64,000 nucleotides of DNA, taken from NCBI GenBank assembly GCA_021772775.1, contig JAJFLH010000036.1, positions 24,800-88,799 of the forward strand, given 5' to 3'. A model generated the notes under the pieces. It saw only the letters and a program-made list of their open reading frames with translations. It had not been told where the DNA came from and did no database searches. The position numbers were made by a program, and so were the translations under genes. Below are positions 56,666-64,000 of this stretch, one piece after another. How positions within the stretch are numbered: the first letter of the stretch is position 1; each line of letters opens with the position of its first letter. This DNA comes from Mariprofundus sp. GTDB lineage: Bacteria; Pseudomonadota; Zetaproteobacteria; Mariprofundales; Mariprofundaceae.

Positions 56666-57762
56666 TGTCTCTGATTATGCTCAGTTCACCGCATGCTCAT
56701 GGTGGCGATTCGATTCGCATGATGATGTTCACCGTTATGCTTGCACTACTGCCAGCCGCAGCTGTCAGTATCTATCTGTTCGGCTGGTTAGCATTTTTGT
56801 TGATTGTCAGCTGCATGCTCAGCGCACTCGCGACTGAAGCGGTCTGTCTAAAAATGATGAATCGTCCACTCTCGACAGTACTGGATAATTCAGCAGCTCT
56901 AACCGGTCTATTCCTCGCCCTCACTCTGCCCGCGGCAACGCCCTGGTGGATGGCTGTGCTGGGTAGTGTCTTTGCCATTGTACTGGGGAAACAGGTCTAT
57001 GGTGGTTTAGGCCATAATATCTTTAATCCAGCCCTTTCCGCCCGCGTGATTCTGTTAATTTCATTCCCTTTAAGCATGACGACATGGATCATGCCCATGT
57101 CTGCCATGGCACCCGCCATTGATCTGTACGACTTCTCCATCTGTGCCACAATATTCTTTGCAGGCACCGATGCACTGCTGGCAACAAGCCAACTCAGCCT
57201 CGATGCCATTAGCATGGCTTCTCCATTGGGCCATGTTAAAACAGAAGCGACGCTTGGTGTGCCAGTAGCTGAAGCACTCAAAGCTTATGATTACAGTTAT
57301 CTCGATGCCTTCCTTGGTTTTGAAGCCGGTAGTATTGGTGAAACCAGCGCTCTAGCACTGCTCATTGGTGGCATATTCCTGCTGGCGCGCCACTCCATCA
57401 CCTGGCACATCCCCTTCGCTTATATCGGTACCGTGCTATTGCTAGCCGCTATCTTTAATCAGGCTGCCCCTGATCAATTCGCCTCACCGATGTTTCATCT
57501 GTTCGCTGGTGGGCTAATCCTCTGTGCCTTTTTTATGGCAACCGATCCGGTCTCTTCACCGGTCACGCCAATGGGGCAGATCGTGTTTGGCATCGGTTGT
57601 GGTGTTTTAACATGGAGCATCCGCAGTTTTGGCGGTTATCCTGAAGGTGCGATGTTCGCTGTACTACTTATGAACTGTGCGGTTCCTTTGATTGATCATT
57701 ATTTCAGACCACGCGTATTTGGCCACCATGTCGATGAACAGAATGCAGGTAAAAAACAGTGA
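56665..57762 (+). CDS. rnfD: Rnf/Rsx subunit D
   Basis: SSPHAH, GKQVYGGLGHNIFNPA, GSIGETS, MATDPVSSP and GGYPEG motifs. Confidence 0.97.
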   Translation: MSLIMLSSPHAHGGDSIRMMMFTVMLALLPAAAVSIYLFGWLAFLLIVSCMLSALATEAVCLKMMNRPLSTVLDNSAALTGLFLALTLPAATPWWMAVLGSVFAIVLGKQVYGGLGHNIFNPALSARVILLISFPLSMTTWIMPMSAMAPAIDLYDFSICATIFFAGTDALLATSQLSLDAISMASPLGHVKTEATLGVPVAEALKAYDYSYLDAFLGFEAGSIGETSALALLIGGIFLLARHSITWHIPFAYIGTVLLLAAIFNQAAPDQFASPMFHLFAGGLILCAFFMATDPVSSPVTPMGQIVFGIGCGVLTWSIRSFGGYPEGAMFAVLLMNCAVPLIDHYFRPRVFGHHVDEQNAGKKQ

Positions 57763-58385
57763 AGATCGACAGAGATCAAATCCGTATGGTTATCGCGTTA
57801 TCTCTCGTTGCAGTCATTGCTGCAGCTGTCACCGGCCTTACCGACATATTCACCCGCGCCCCCATTGCTTCAGCACAAAAAGCGGCGCTACATAAGGCAT
57901 TGCAGCAGGTACTACCCGCCCATAGCAACGATGCTCAGGCCGAGGCAATCACCATTGAGAAGAGCTCCATATATCCCGCCAAAAGTGATGATGGTTCTCT
58001 CACGGGTTTAGCTTGGGAAGTCATCGCACCCGATGGCTATTCCGGTTCCATTCGCATTCTTGTTGGGCTGCGCCCTGATGGTGCTGTTCATGCCATCCGT
58101 ATCACCCACCACCGTGAAACGCCGGGTTTGGGGGATGGCATCACCAACAATCATTCATGGCTGGCGAGTTTTGTCGGTCAGAGTCTGGACAGCATCAGCT
58201 GGAAAGTGAAAAAAGACGGTGGTGATTTCGATCAGTTTACCGGTGCCACCATCACGCCACGCGCAGTTGTCAAAGCGGTGCAACAGGCACTGGAATTTTT
58301 CCACACGCATCACGACGTGATGCTTGCCAATATCATGAAGCAAGCAACAACAGGCAACAAACAAACGGGAGCTGGTCTTGAATAA
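57759..58385 (+). CDS. rnfG: Rnf/Rsx subunit G
   Basis: GYSGSI, HRETPGLG and FMN-attachment motif FDQFTGATITP. Confidence 0.96.
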   Translation: MKIDRDQIRMVIALSLVAVIAAAVTGLTDIFTRAPIASAQKAALHKALQQVLPAHSNDAQAEAITIEKSSIYPAKSDDGSLTGLAWEVIAPDGYSGSIRILVGLRPDGAVHAIRITHHRETPGLGDGITNNHSWLASFVGQSLDSISWKVKKDGGDFDQFTGATITPRAVVKAVQQALEFFHTHHDVMLANIMKQATTGNKQTGAGLE

Positions 58386-59055
58386 ATCTGACATCTTTTC
58401 CGATGGTTTTTGGCACAACAATACTGTCTTTGCTCAACTGCTCGGCATGTGCCCCCTACTCGGTGTCACTACATCGGCTGAAAATGGTTTCTGGATGGGA
58501 GCTGCTACCATACTGGTGCTGATTGGTTCCAATCTGGTTGTATCCATGGTGCGTGGTGTGATTCCAAAAAACGTACGTATCCCAGCTTACATCACCATCA
58601 TTGCTGCCTTTGTTACCGTTGTTGAAATGGCTATGAATGCCTGGATGCATGAAATGTATCTGGTGCTCGGTCTGTTTATTCCATTGATCGTAGTCAACTG
58701 CGCCATTCTTGGGCGTGCAGAAGCCTTTGCCAGCAAGAACTCCGTATCTGACTCCTTCGTCGATGCCATTGCTATCGGTACTGGCTTTACCTTTGCCCTA
58801 CTGCTGCTCGGCGGTGTACGCGAAATTCTGGGGCAGGGTGAACTGTTTGGTTTTGCTGTTTTCGGCGCCTCCTATCCCGACGTACTGATGTTCATCCTGC
58901 CACCAGGAGCCTTTATTGCCTTGGGCTTTATTTTGGCTGCCATTAATATTTTTAATGGCTATTTGAAACGTCGTAGTGAAAAACGTAGCAATGCCGCCAA
59001 ACCTGCACTGGCAACACTTGCTGCTGAGGTTAGTGCTGTGGAGATAAGTTCATGA
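58378..59055 (+). CDS. rnfE: Rnf/Rsx subunit E
   Basis: QLLGMCPLL, IPLIVVNCAILGRAEAFA and ILPPGAF motifs. Confidence 0.97.
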   Translation: MNKSDIFSDGFWHNNTVFAQLLGMCPLLGVTTSAENGFWMGAATILVLIGSNLVVSMVRGVIPKNVRIPAYITIIAAFVTVVEMAMNAWMHEMYLVLGLFIPLIVVNCAILGRAEAFASKNSVSDSFVDAIAIGTGFTFALLLLGGVREILGQGELFGFAVFGASYPDVLMFILPPGAFIALGFILAAINIFNGYLKRRSEKRSNAAKPALATLAAEVSAVEISS

Positions 59056-59288
59056 GTGGAATGACATTTTGGTTAATTATAGCCGTTATCTTTGTACTAT
59101 TATGGTGGGCGGGTTTTTATGCCACCAAAGATATGCGTGTGAAAAAAAATGCACTGCGTGTAGAGCAGGCTAAACGTAATCTGGAGCGACAGGCCCAGCA
59201 ACAGGCTGAGGCTGCTGCTGAAGCAGCCATCCCAGCAACAGATGAGACCAAAACCAATGAGGGTAACTCACCCAAGGATGCCAGCTGA
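59052..59288 (+). CDS. Small single-TM protein of unknown function
   Basis: N-terminal TM followed by a Q/A/E-rich helix. Overlaps both rnfE (ATGA) and the next gene (TGATG). Confidence 0.7.
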   Translation: MSGMTFWLIIAVIFVLLWWAGFYATKDMRVKKNALRVEQAKRNLERQAQQQAEAAAEAAIPATDETKTNEGNSPKDAS

Positions 59289-59626
59289 TGCCCTGTTTAT
59301 TCATACACACCAATGTCGAAGTGGCTGATAGTTCTGTTTTTCTGAGCTGCTGTTCATCCGGGATAGCCTCTGCATTGGGCAAACCCGAATCCTATGTCAT
59401 GGTCAAACTCTCCGACAATCAGAGCATGCTATTTGCCGGCACTGATGCTCCGCTAGCCTTTTTAGAGCTCAAAAGTCTCGGCCTGAACACAACGCAGACA
59501 GCAGATCTAACCGCCAACTTATGCACGCTGATACAAGCTGAATTAGGCATTGATAGCAGTCGTATTTATATTGAGTTTGCAGCCCCCGAACGCGCTATGT
59601 TCGGCTGGAACGGTGGTACATTCTAA
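59288..59626 (+). CDS. MIF-like phenylpyruvate tautomerase-family protein
   Basis: N-terminal Pro (MPCLFIHTNV), LGKPESYVMV, ELKSLG, RIYIEF and FGWNGGTF. Confidence 0.9.
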   Translation: MPCLFIHTNVEVADSSVFLSCCSSGIASALGKPESYVMVKLSDNQSMLFAGTDAPLAFLELKSLGLNTTQTADLTANLCTLIQAELGIDSSRIYIEFAAPERAMFGWNGGTF

Positions 59627-60168
59627 TGGCAGTTCAAGAGATATTAATTCATCCGGATGATCGTCTGCGCGAAATAGCCAAACCGGTGACGTTCCCACTC
59701 AGCGACGACACAAAACAGATCATCAGAGATATGGCTGACACCATGTATGATGCGCCAGGGGTTGGTTTAGCCGCGCCTCAAATTGGTGTATCTTTAAAGA
59801 TCGCTGTCACAGATACCCTCTGGCGCAGTGATGAAGTGCGCCATGATCCCGACAGGCCCGGTGGCACACGTGATCTGAAAGTATGGATCAATCCTGAATT
59901 TCTCTGGCATAGCGATGAGATGGCCACATGGGAAGAGGGTTGCCTCTCTATTCCGGAAACCTATGCCGATGTAAAACGGCCTGCGGCGATTCGACTGCGC
60001 TGGTTTGACATCGATGGGCAGCAGCACGAGAAGGATTTCGATGATTTTCAGGCCGTTGCCCTGCAACATGAGTTCGATCATCTGATTGGCAAGCTCTTTA
60101 TCGATTACCTCACTCCTTTAAAGCGTAATATGATTACCAAAAAGATGCGGAAGTTATTCAAAGAATAA
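59626..60168 (+). CDS. def: Peptide deformylase
   Basis: GVGLAAPQIG, EGCLS and QHEFDH motifs. Confidence 0.97.
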   Translation: MAVQEILIHPDDRLREIAKPVTFPLSDDTKQIIRDMADTMYDAPGVGLAAPQIGVSLKIAVTDTLWRSDEVRHDPDRPGGTRDLKVWINPEFLWHSDEMATWEEGCLSIPETYADVKRPAAIRLRWFDIDGQQHEKDFDDFQAVALQHEFDHLIGKLFIDYLTPLKRNMITKKMRKLFKE

Positions 60169-60200
60169 GTCATATATAGTCACATATGAATACAGATTAG

Positions 60201-60232
60201 TGACAAGCGTGCACTCCCCCTCCTGCTTGTCA
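60201..60232. other. Intergenic hairpin with CTCCCCCTCC loop
   Basis: TGACAAGC/GCTTGTCA stem. The loop contains the same 10-mer as the hairpin loop at 4142-4151. Confidence 0.55.
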
Positions 60233-60295
60233 TGCTTTAAATTGATAGTTCTCAATGATGCTGAATAGTTTCTTATATAAAAACATGGAGAAAGT

Positions 60296-61228
60296 ATGCG
60301 CGTAGTATTTGCCGGCACACCCGGTTTTTCTGTTCCTTGCCTGACAGCTTTAATTGAAGCCGATGGTATTGATGTCGCCGGTGTAGTCTCACAACCGGAT
60401 CGTAAGTCAGGGCGCGGCATGAAACTCACACCGTCAGCAGTCAAACAGGCAGCGCTCGATGTTGACATTGATGTCATCACACCTGAAAAATTACGTGATA
60501 ATGATGAAGCACTGGCATGGTTAGAGAGCAAACAGGCCGATATTTTAGTTGTCGTTGCCTTTGGCATGATTTTACCGAAATCGTGGTTAGATGCACCCAG
60601 CATTGCACCGGTCAATGTGCACGCTTCACTGTTGCCACGCTGGCGTGGAGCGGCTCCCATTGAGCGCTCTCTGTTAGCCGGAGATAACGAAACAGGCGTT
60701 TGCATCATGCAGATGGAAGAGGGTTTGGATACCGGCGGTATCTATAGCTGCCAAACCCTACCGATTACAGCACAAACTACCGGTTCTGAATTGTGGTTCA
60801 AACTATCCCCTATGGGCGCTGAACTGCTCATCGACACGCTACCAAAAATTGCTGCAGGCCTTCTACCAGAGCCACAGTTTGAAGATGGCATCACCTACGC
60901 CAAAAAGATCACCAATGAAGAGCGCATCATCGACTGGTCACAAACAGCCTCTGACATAGATCGATTGGTTCGCTGTTTCTCCCCCCGCCCAGGCGTACGC
61001 AGCCAGTGCAATGGTAAATGGTTGAAACTGATTTCTGGAGAACCTTTAGCGGCAACACATCACAATATGCCTGGAACGATTGTCGAGACAGCTGCAGGCC
61101 TGGATATCGCCTGTTCAGAAGGATCAGTCTATCGCATCACTGAGTTACAACCCGAAGGAAAAAAAGCCATGCCGGCCATCGATTTTCTTAGAGGTGCTCA
61201 GCTAAAGCGTGGCGCACTGTTAACTTAA
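60296..61228 (+). CDS. fmt: Methionyl-tRNA formyltransferase
   Basis: VVFAGTP, VVSQPDR, NVHASLLPRWRGAAPIER and GLDTG motifs. Confidence 0.97.
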   Translation: MRVVFAGTPGFSVPCLTALIEADGIDVAGVVSQPDRKSGRGMKLTPSAVKQAALDVDIDVITPEKLRDNDEALAWLESKQADILVVVAFGMILPKSWLDAPSIAPVNVHASLLPRWRGAAPIERSLLAGDNETGVCIMQMEEGLDTGGIYSCQTLPITAQTTGSELWFKLSPMGAELLIDTLPKIAAGLLPEPQFEDGITYAKKITNEERIIDWSQTASDIDRLVRCFSPRPGVRSQCNGKWLKLISGEPLAATHHNMPGTIVETAAGLDIACSEGSVYRITELQPEGKKAMPAIDFLRGAQLKRGALLT

Positions 61229-61231
61229 TCC

Positions 61232-61639
61232 ATGCAAATCACCCAGCTCCCATTTAATCAGCATATTGATCTGCAATCGGATGGTGATGTCGTATTCCTC
61301 AAACAGCAACCATGCCTGCTCAATCATGTCGGCAGCCTGCATGCTTCTGTTATTCATGCTTTAGCTGAGGGTGCCAGTGGTCATTATCTCATTCTAAATT
61401 TACTGCCCCTTTTCCCGCACTCCATTGTACTGGTCAAAAAGGCAGCCATTGAATACAAACGTCCGGCCATGCAGCAGTGCAGTGCAAAAGCAGACGTTAG
61501 CCCCGCCACATTGCAACACTGCATCGACACATTGAAACGCCGCAAAAGAACCATTCTTACCATCCCAGTCAACGTCTTCTGTGATAACAAAATCATCGCA
61601 ACCGCTGAAATTGATTGGTGGTTAAAAATAGAGGCATAA
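61232..61639 (+). CDS. Hotdog-fold thioesterase (PaaI/DUF4442-like)
   Basis: NHVGSLHASVIHALAEGASG and IEYKRPA motifs. Confidence 0.8.
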   Translation: MQITQLPFNQHIDLQSDGDVVFLKQQPCLLNHVGSLHASVIHALAEGASGHYLILNLLPLFPHSIVLVKKAAIEYKRPAMQQCSAKADVSPATLQHCIDTLKRRKRTILTIPVNVFCDNKIIATAEIDWWLKIEA

Positions 61640-61643
61640 CACC

Positions 61644-64000
61644 ATGGACCAAGCACAAACAATCTATCTGAAAGATTATCAGGCCCCCGCATTTCTGGTC
61701 GACCAGGTATCACTTACATTTTCGCTACAGCCCAATGCCACCGAAGTGCTATCACGCATTCAATATCGGCGTAACCCTGCAGCTTCCGACCCTGCTGCGC
61801 CCCTAATGTTGGATGGCCACAACATGGAGCTGCTCTCTGTTCTGTTAGATGGTAAGACTCTCTCATCCGATGATTATCAGCTGCATGATCATGGTTTGAA
61901 TATAAGCAACATCCCTGATGCATTTGAGCTGGAAATCACCACCCGCATCAACCCGCAGGGCAATACAGCGCTCGAAGGGCTATACCGCTCCGGTGGCAAC
62001 TACTGCACCCAGTGTGAAGCACAAGGCTTTCGTCGCATCACCTATTACCAGGATCGCCCTGATGTGATGGCGCCATTCAGCGTGCGCATTGTAGCCGACA
62101 AGCAGAGCAACCCTGTGCTTCTTTCCAATGGTAATCCTATTGGCCAGGGCGAGTTGGATAACGGCATGCACTGGGCTGAATGGCATGATCCCTTTATTAA
62201 GCCCTGTTATCTCTTCGCACTCGTCGCAGGTGACCTCTCCTCTGTTGAAGATCATTTCACTACGATGTCCGGACGTGATATTACCCTCCGTATCTTTACT
62301 GAAGAGCACCATATCCATCAATGTGGTCATGCTATGGCATCGCTCAAACGCGCCATGCTGTGGGACGAGAAGCGCTTTGATCTCGAATACGATCTTGATC
62401 TGTTCATGATCGTTGCCGTTGATGATTTCAATATGGGCGCGATGGAAAACAAAGGTTTGAACGTATTCAATTCACGTCTTGTATTTGCCAGCCCTGAATC
62501 GGCCACCGATGGAGATTACATGGCCATTGAAGCTGTGATCGGTCACGAATATTTTCATAACTGGACAGGTAACCGCATCACCTGCCGCGACTGGTTCCAG
62601 CTCAGTCTGAAAGAGGGGCTGACGGTATTCCGTGATCAGGAGTTTACCGCCGATACCCATTCGCATGCGGTAAAACGCATTGAAGATGTGCGCCTGCTGC
62701 GCACCCACCAATTTGCCGAAGATGCAGGGCCAATGGCGCATCCTATTCGTCCAGCCTCCTATATGGAGATTAATAACTTTTATACCGTCACGGTTTATGA
62801 GAAAGGTGCTGAAGTGGTACGCCTCTATCAGAGCCTGTTGGGAGTAGATGGTTTTAGACGTGGCATGGATCTCTATTTCAAACGCCATGACGGCCAGGCA
62901 GTCAGCACCGAGGATTTCCTCGCGGCCATGGCTGATGCCAATAATCGTGACCTCTCCCAGATGCAACAGTGGTACGATCAGGCCGGCACACCACGCCTGT
63001 CGGTGAGCATGGATTATGATGCCGATAGCAAGAGCTGCACACTGCATTGTCAGCAGTTTTCACCTGCCGCCCATGCAACAGGCGCGAGTGATGAGTGGGA
63101 TGATGAATGCAGCAACGAAAGCGATAAAAAACCATTTTTGATTCCACTTGAGCTGGGCCTGTTACTGCCCGATGGCACAGAACTGCAACTACAGTTGGCA
63201 GAAGAGGACGAGCCGCAAGGTACAACGATAACAGTGTTGATTACCGAGATGCAGCAGTCGTTCAGCTTTATCAATGTCACTGCTAAACCGCTACCCTCTC
63301 TGCTGCGTGGATTCTCAGCCCCTGTTGAGCTGGAATACAACTACACGCTGGCTGAGCACGCCTTTTTGATGTCTCACGATAGTGATTCATTTAATCGCTG
63401 GGCAGCAGCACAAGCTCTGGCCATGCAGACACTGCTAAATATGATCTCCGATGATTCGAAACCTACGGCTATCGTCAGTGAGGCCTTTGCCGCACTGCTA
63501 GCGGATGAGGAGCTGGACATGGCTCTGAAAGCCGAAGCGCTGTTACTGCCATCAGAAGCCGATATAGCTGAAGCATGTTCAAAAAATGCCGGTGAATTTT
63601 TTGCACCCGCCCTGATTCATGATGCACGTCAGCAGCTGCGCTATTTTCTTGCCAGCCATCTGCGTACTGATCTGGAGAGTCACTACCAACGCTTGTTGCC
63701 AGCGCAAGGCATGGATGATGAAGCCATGCAGCAGCGCAGCCTGAAAAATGTCTGTCTTAGCTATCTATCGGTACTCAATGACGAAGCATCCACAGCACTG
63801 GTCGCAGAGCAATTTAATACGGCCAGCAATATGACTGATCAATTTGCAGCCCTCTCTGCGCTGAGCAATTGTGATTGCCCTGAACGAAGCGCTGCACTAT
63901 CCAGCTTCGAACAACGCTGGATGGATGATGCCAATGTGATGGATAAATGGTTTGCAGTGCAGGCCACATCATCACTACCGGGCACACTGGCGCACGTAAA
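61644..64000 (+). CDS. pepN: Aminopeptidase N (M1 family), 3' end outside the window
   Basis: Not in the ORF track because no stop falls in the window. Manual translation gives MDQAQTIYLKDYQAP, TQCEAQGFRRIT, GAMENKGLN and GHEYFHNWTGNR. Confidence 0.97.
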   Translation, partial: MDQAQTIYLKDYQAPAFLVDQVSLTFSLQPNATEVLSRIQYRRNPAASDPAAPLMLDGHNMELLSVLLDGKTLSSDDYQLHDHGLNISNIPDAFELEITTRINPQGNTALEGLYRSGGNYCTQCEAQGFRRITYYQDRPDVMAPFSVRIVADKQSNPVLLSNGNPIGQGELDNGMHWAEWHDPFIKPCYLFALVAGDLSSVEDHFTTMSGRDITLRIFTEEHHIHQCGHAMASLKRAMLWDEKRFDLEYDLDLFMIVAVDDFNMGAMENKGLNVFNSRLVFASPESATDGDYMAIEAVIGHEYFHNWTGNRITCRDWFQLSLKEGLTVFRDQEFTADTHSHAVKRIEDVRLLRTHQFAEDAGPMAHPIRPASYMEINNFYTVTVYEKGAEVVRLYQSLLGVDGFRRGMDLYFKRHDGQAVSTEDFLAAMADANNRDLSQMQQWYDQAGTPRLSVSMDYDADSKSCTLHCQQFSPAAHATGASDEWDDECSNESDKKPFLIPLELGLLLPDGTELQLQLAEEDEPQGTTITVLITEMQQSFSFINVTAKPLPSLLRGFSAPVELEYNYTLAEHAFLMSHDSDSFNRWAAAQALAMQTLLNMISDDSKPTAIVSEAFAALLADEELDMALKAEALLLPSEADIAEACSKNAGEFFAPALIHDARQQLRYFLASHLRTDLESHYQRLLPAQGMDDEAMQQRSLKNVCLSYLSVLNDEASTALVAEQFNTASNMTDQFAALSALSNCDCPERSAALSSFEQRWMDDANVMDKWFAVQATSSLPGTLAHV

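Overview
A gene-dense bacterial chromosomal window, mostly housekeeping genes: partial resB, tsaC, purHDE, aroK, gatCAB, aspC, pyrD, rnfABCDGE, def, fmt and partial pepN. Between them are many signalling genes (four hybrid histidine kinases, four further receiver-domain proteins, CheC, PilZ) and several accessory loci. I found no tRNA, rRNA, CRISPR array, transposase or phage genes. The gene set looks like a marine proteobacterium, possibly Mariprofundus-like Zetaproteobacteria; that assignment is inference only. The most unusual locus is a tightly coupled operon at 39144-48979. It encodes a TetR-PqqD/RRE fusion, an ATP-grasp ligase, a PLP fold-III decarboxylase whose N-terminus carries a RiPP-leader-like WxxPxL motif, a urea-transporter/M23 fusion, an outer-membrane beta-barrel, a TPR protein and a hybrid kinase. 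It looks like an uncharacterised synthesis, export and sensing system. Other notable observations: an MFS sugar transporter with an inserted Ig-like periplasmic domain next to a GH130 phosphorylase; a c-type-heme sensor kinase ending in a degenerate GGDEF domain with an intact I-site; an excisionase-HTH response regulator with phased 9-bp repeats upstream; a candidate sRNA with anti-Shine-Dalgarno loops; a recurring leaderless-mRNA promoter pattern; a large beta-propeller/Ig surface protein with a possible ATA start; and a small gene broken by an in-frame TAA that the ORF track missed. All family assignments come from recognising motifs by eye, not from database searches.
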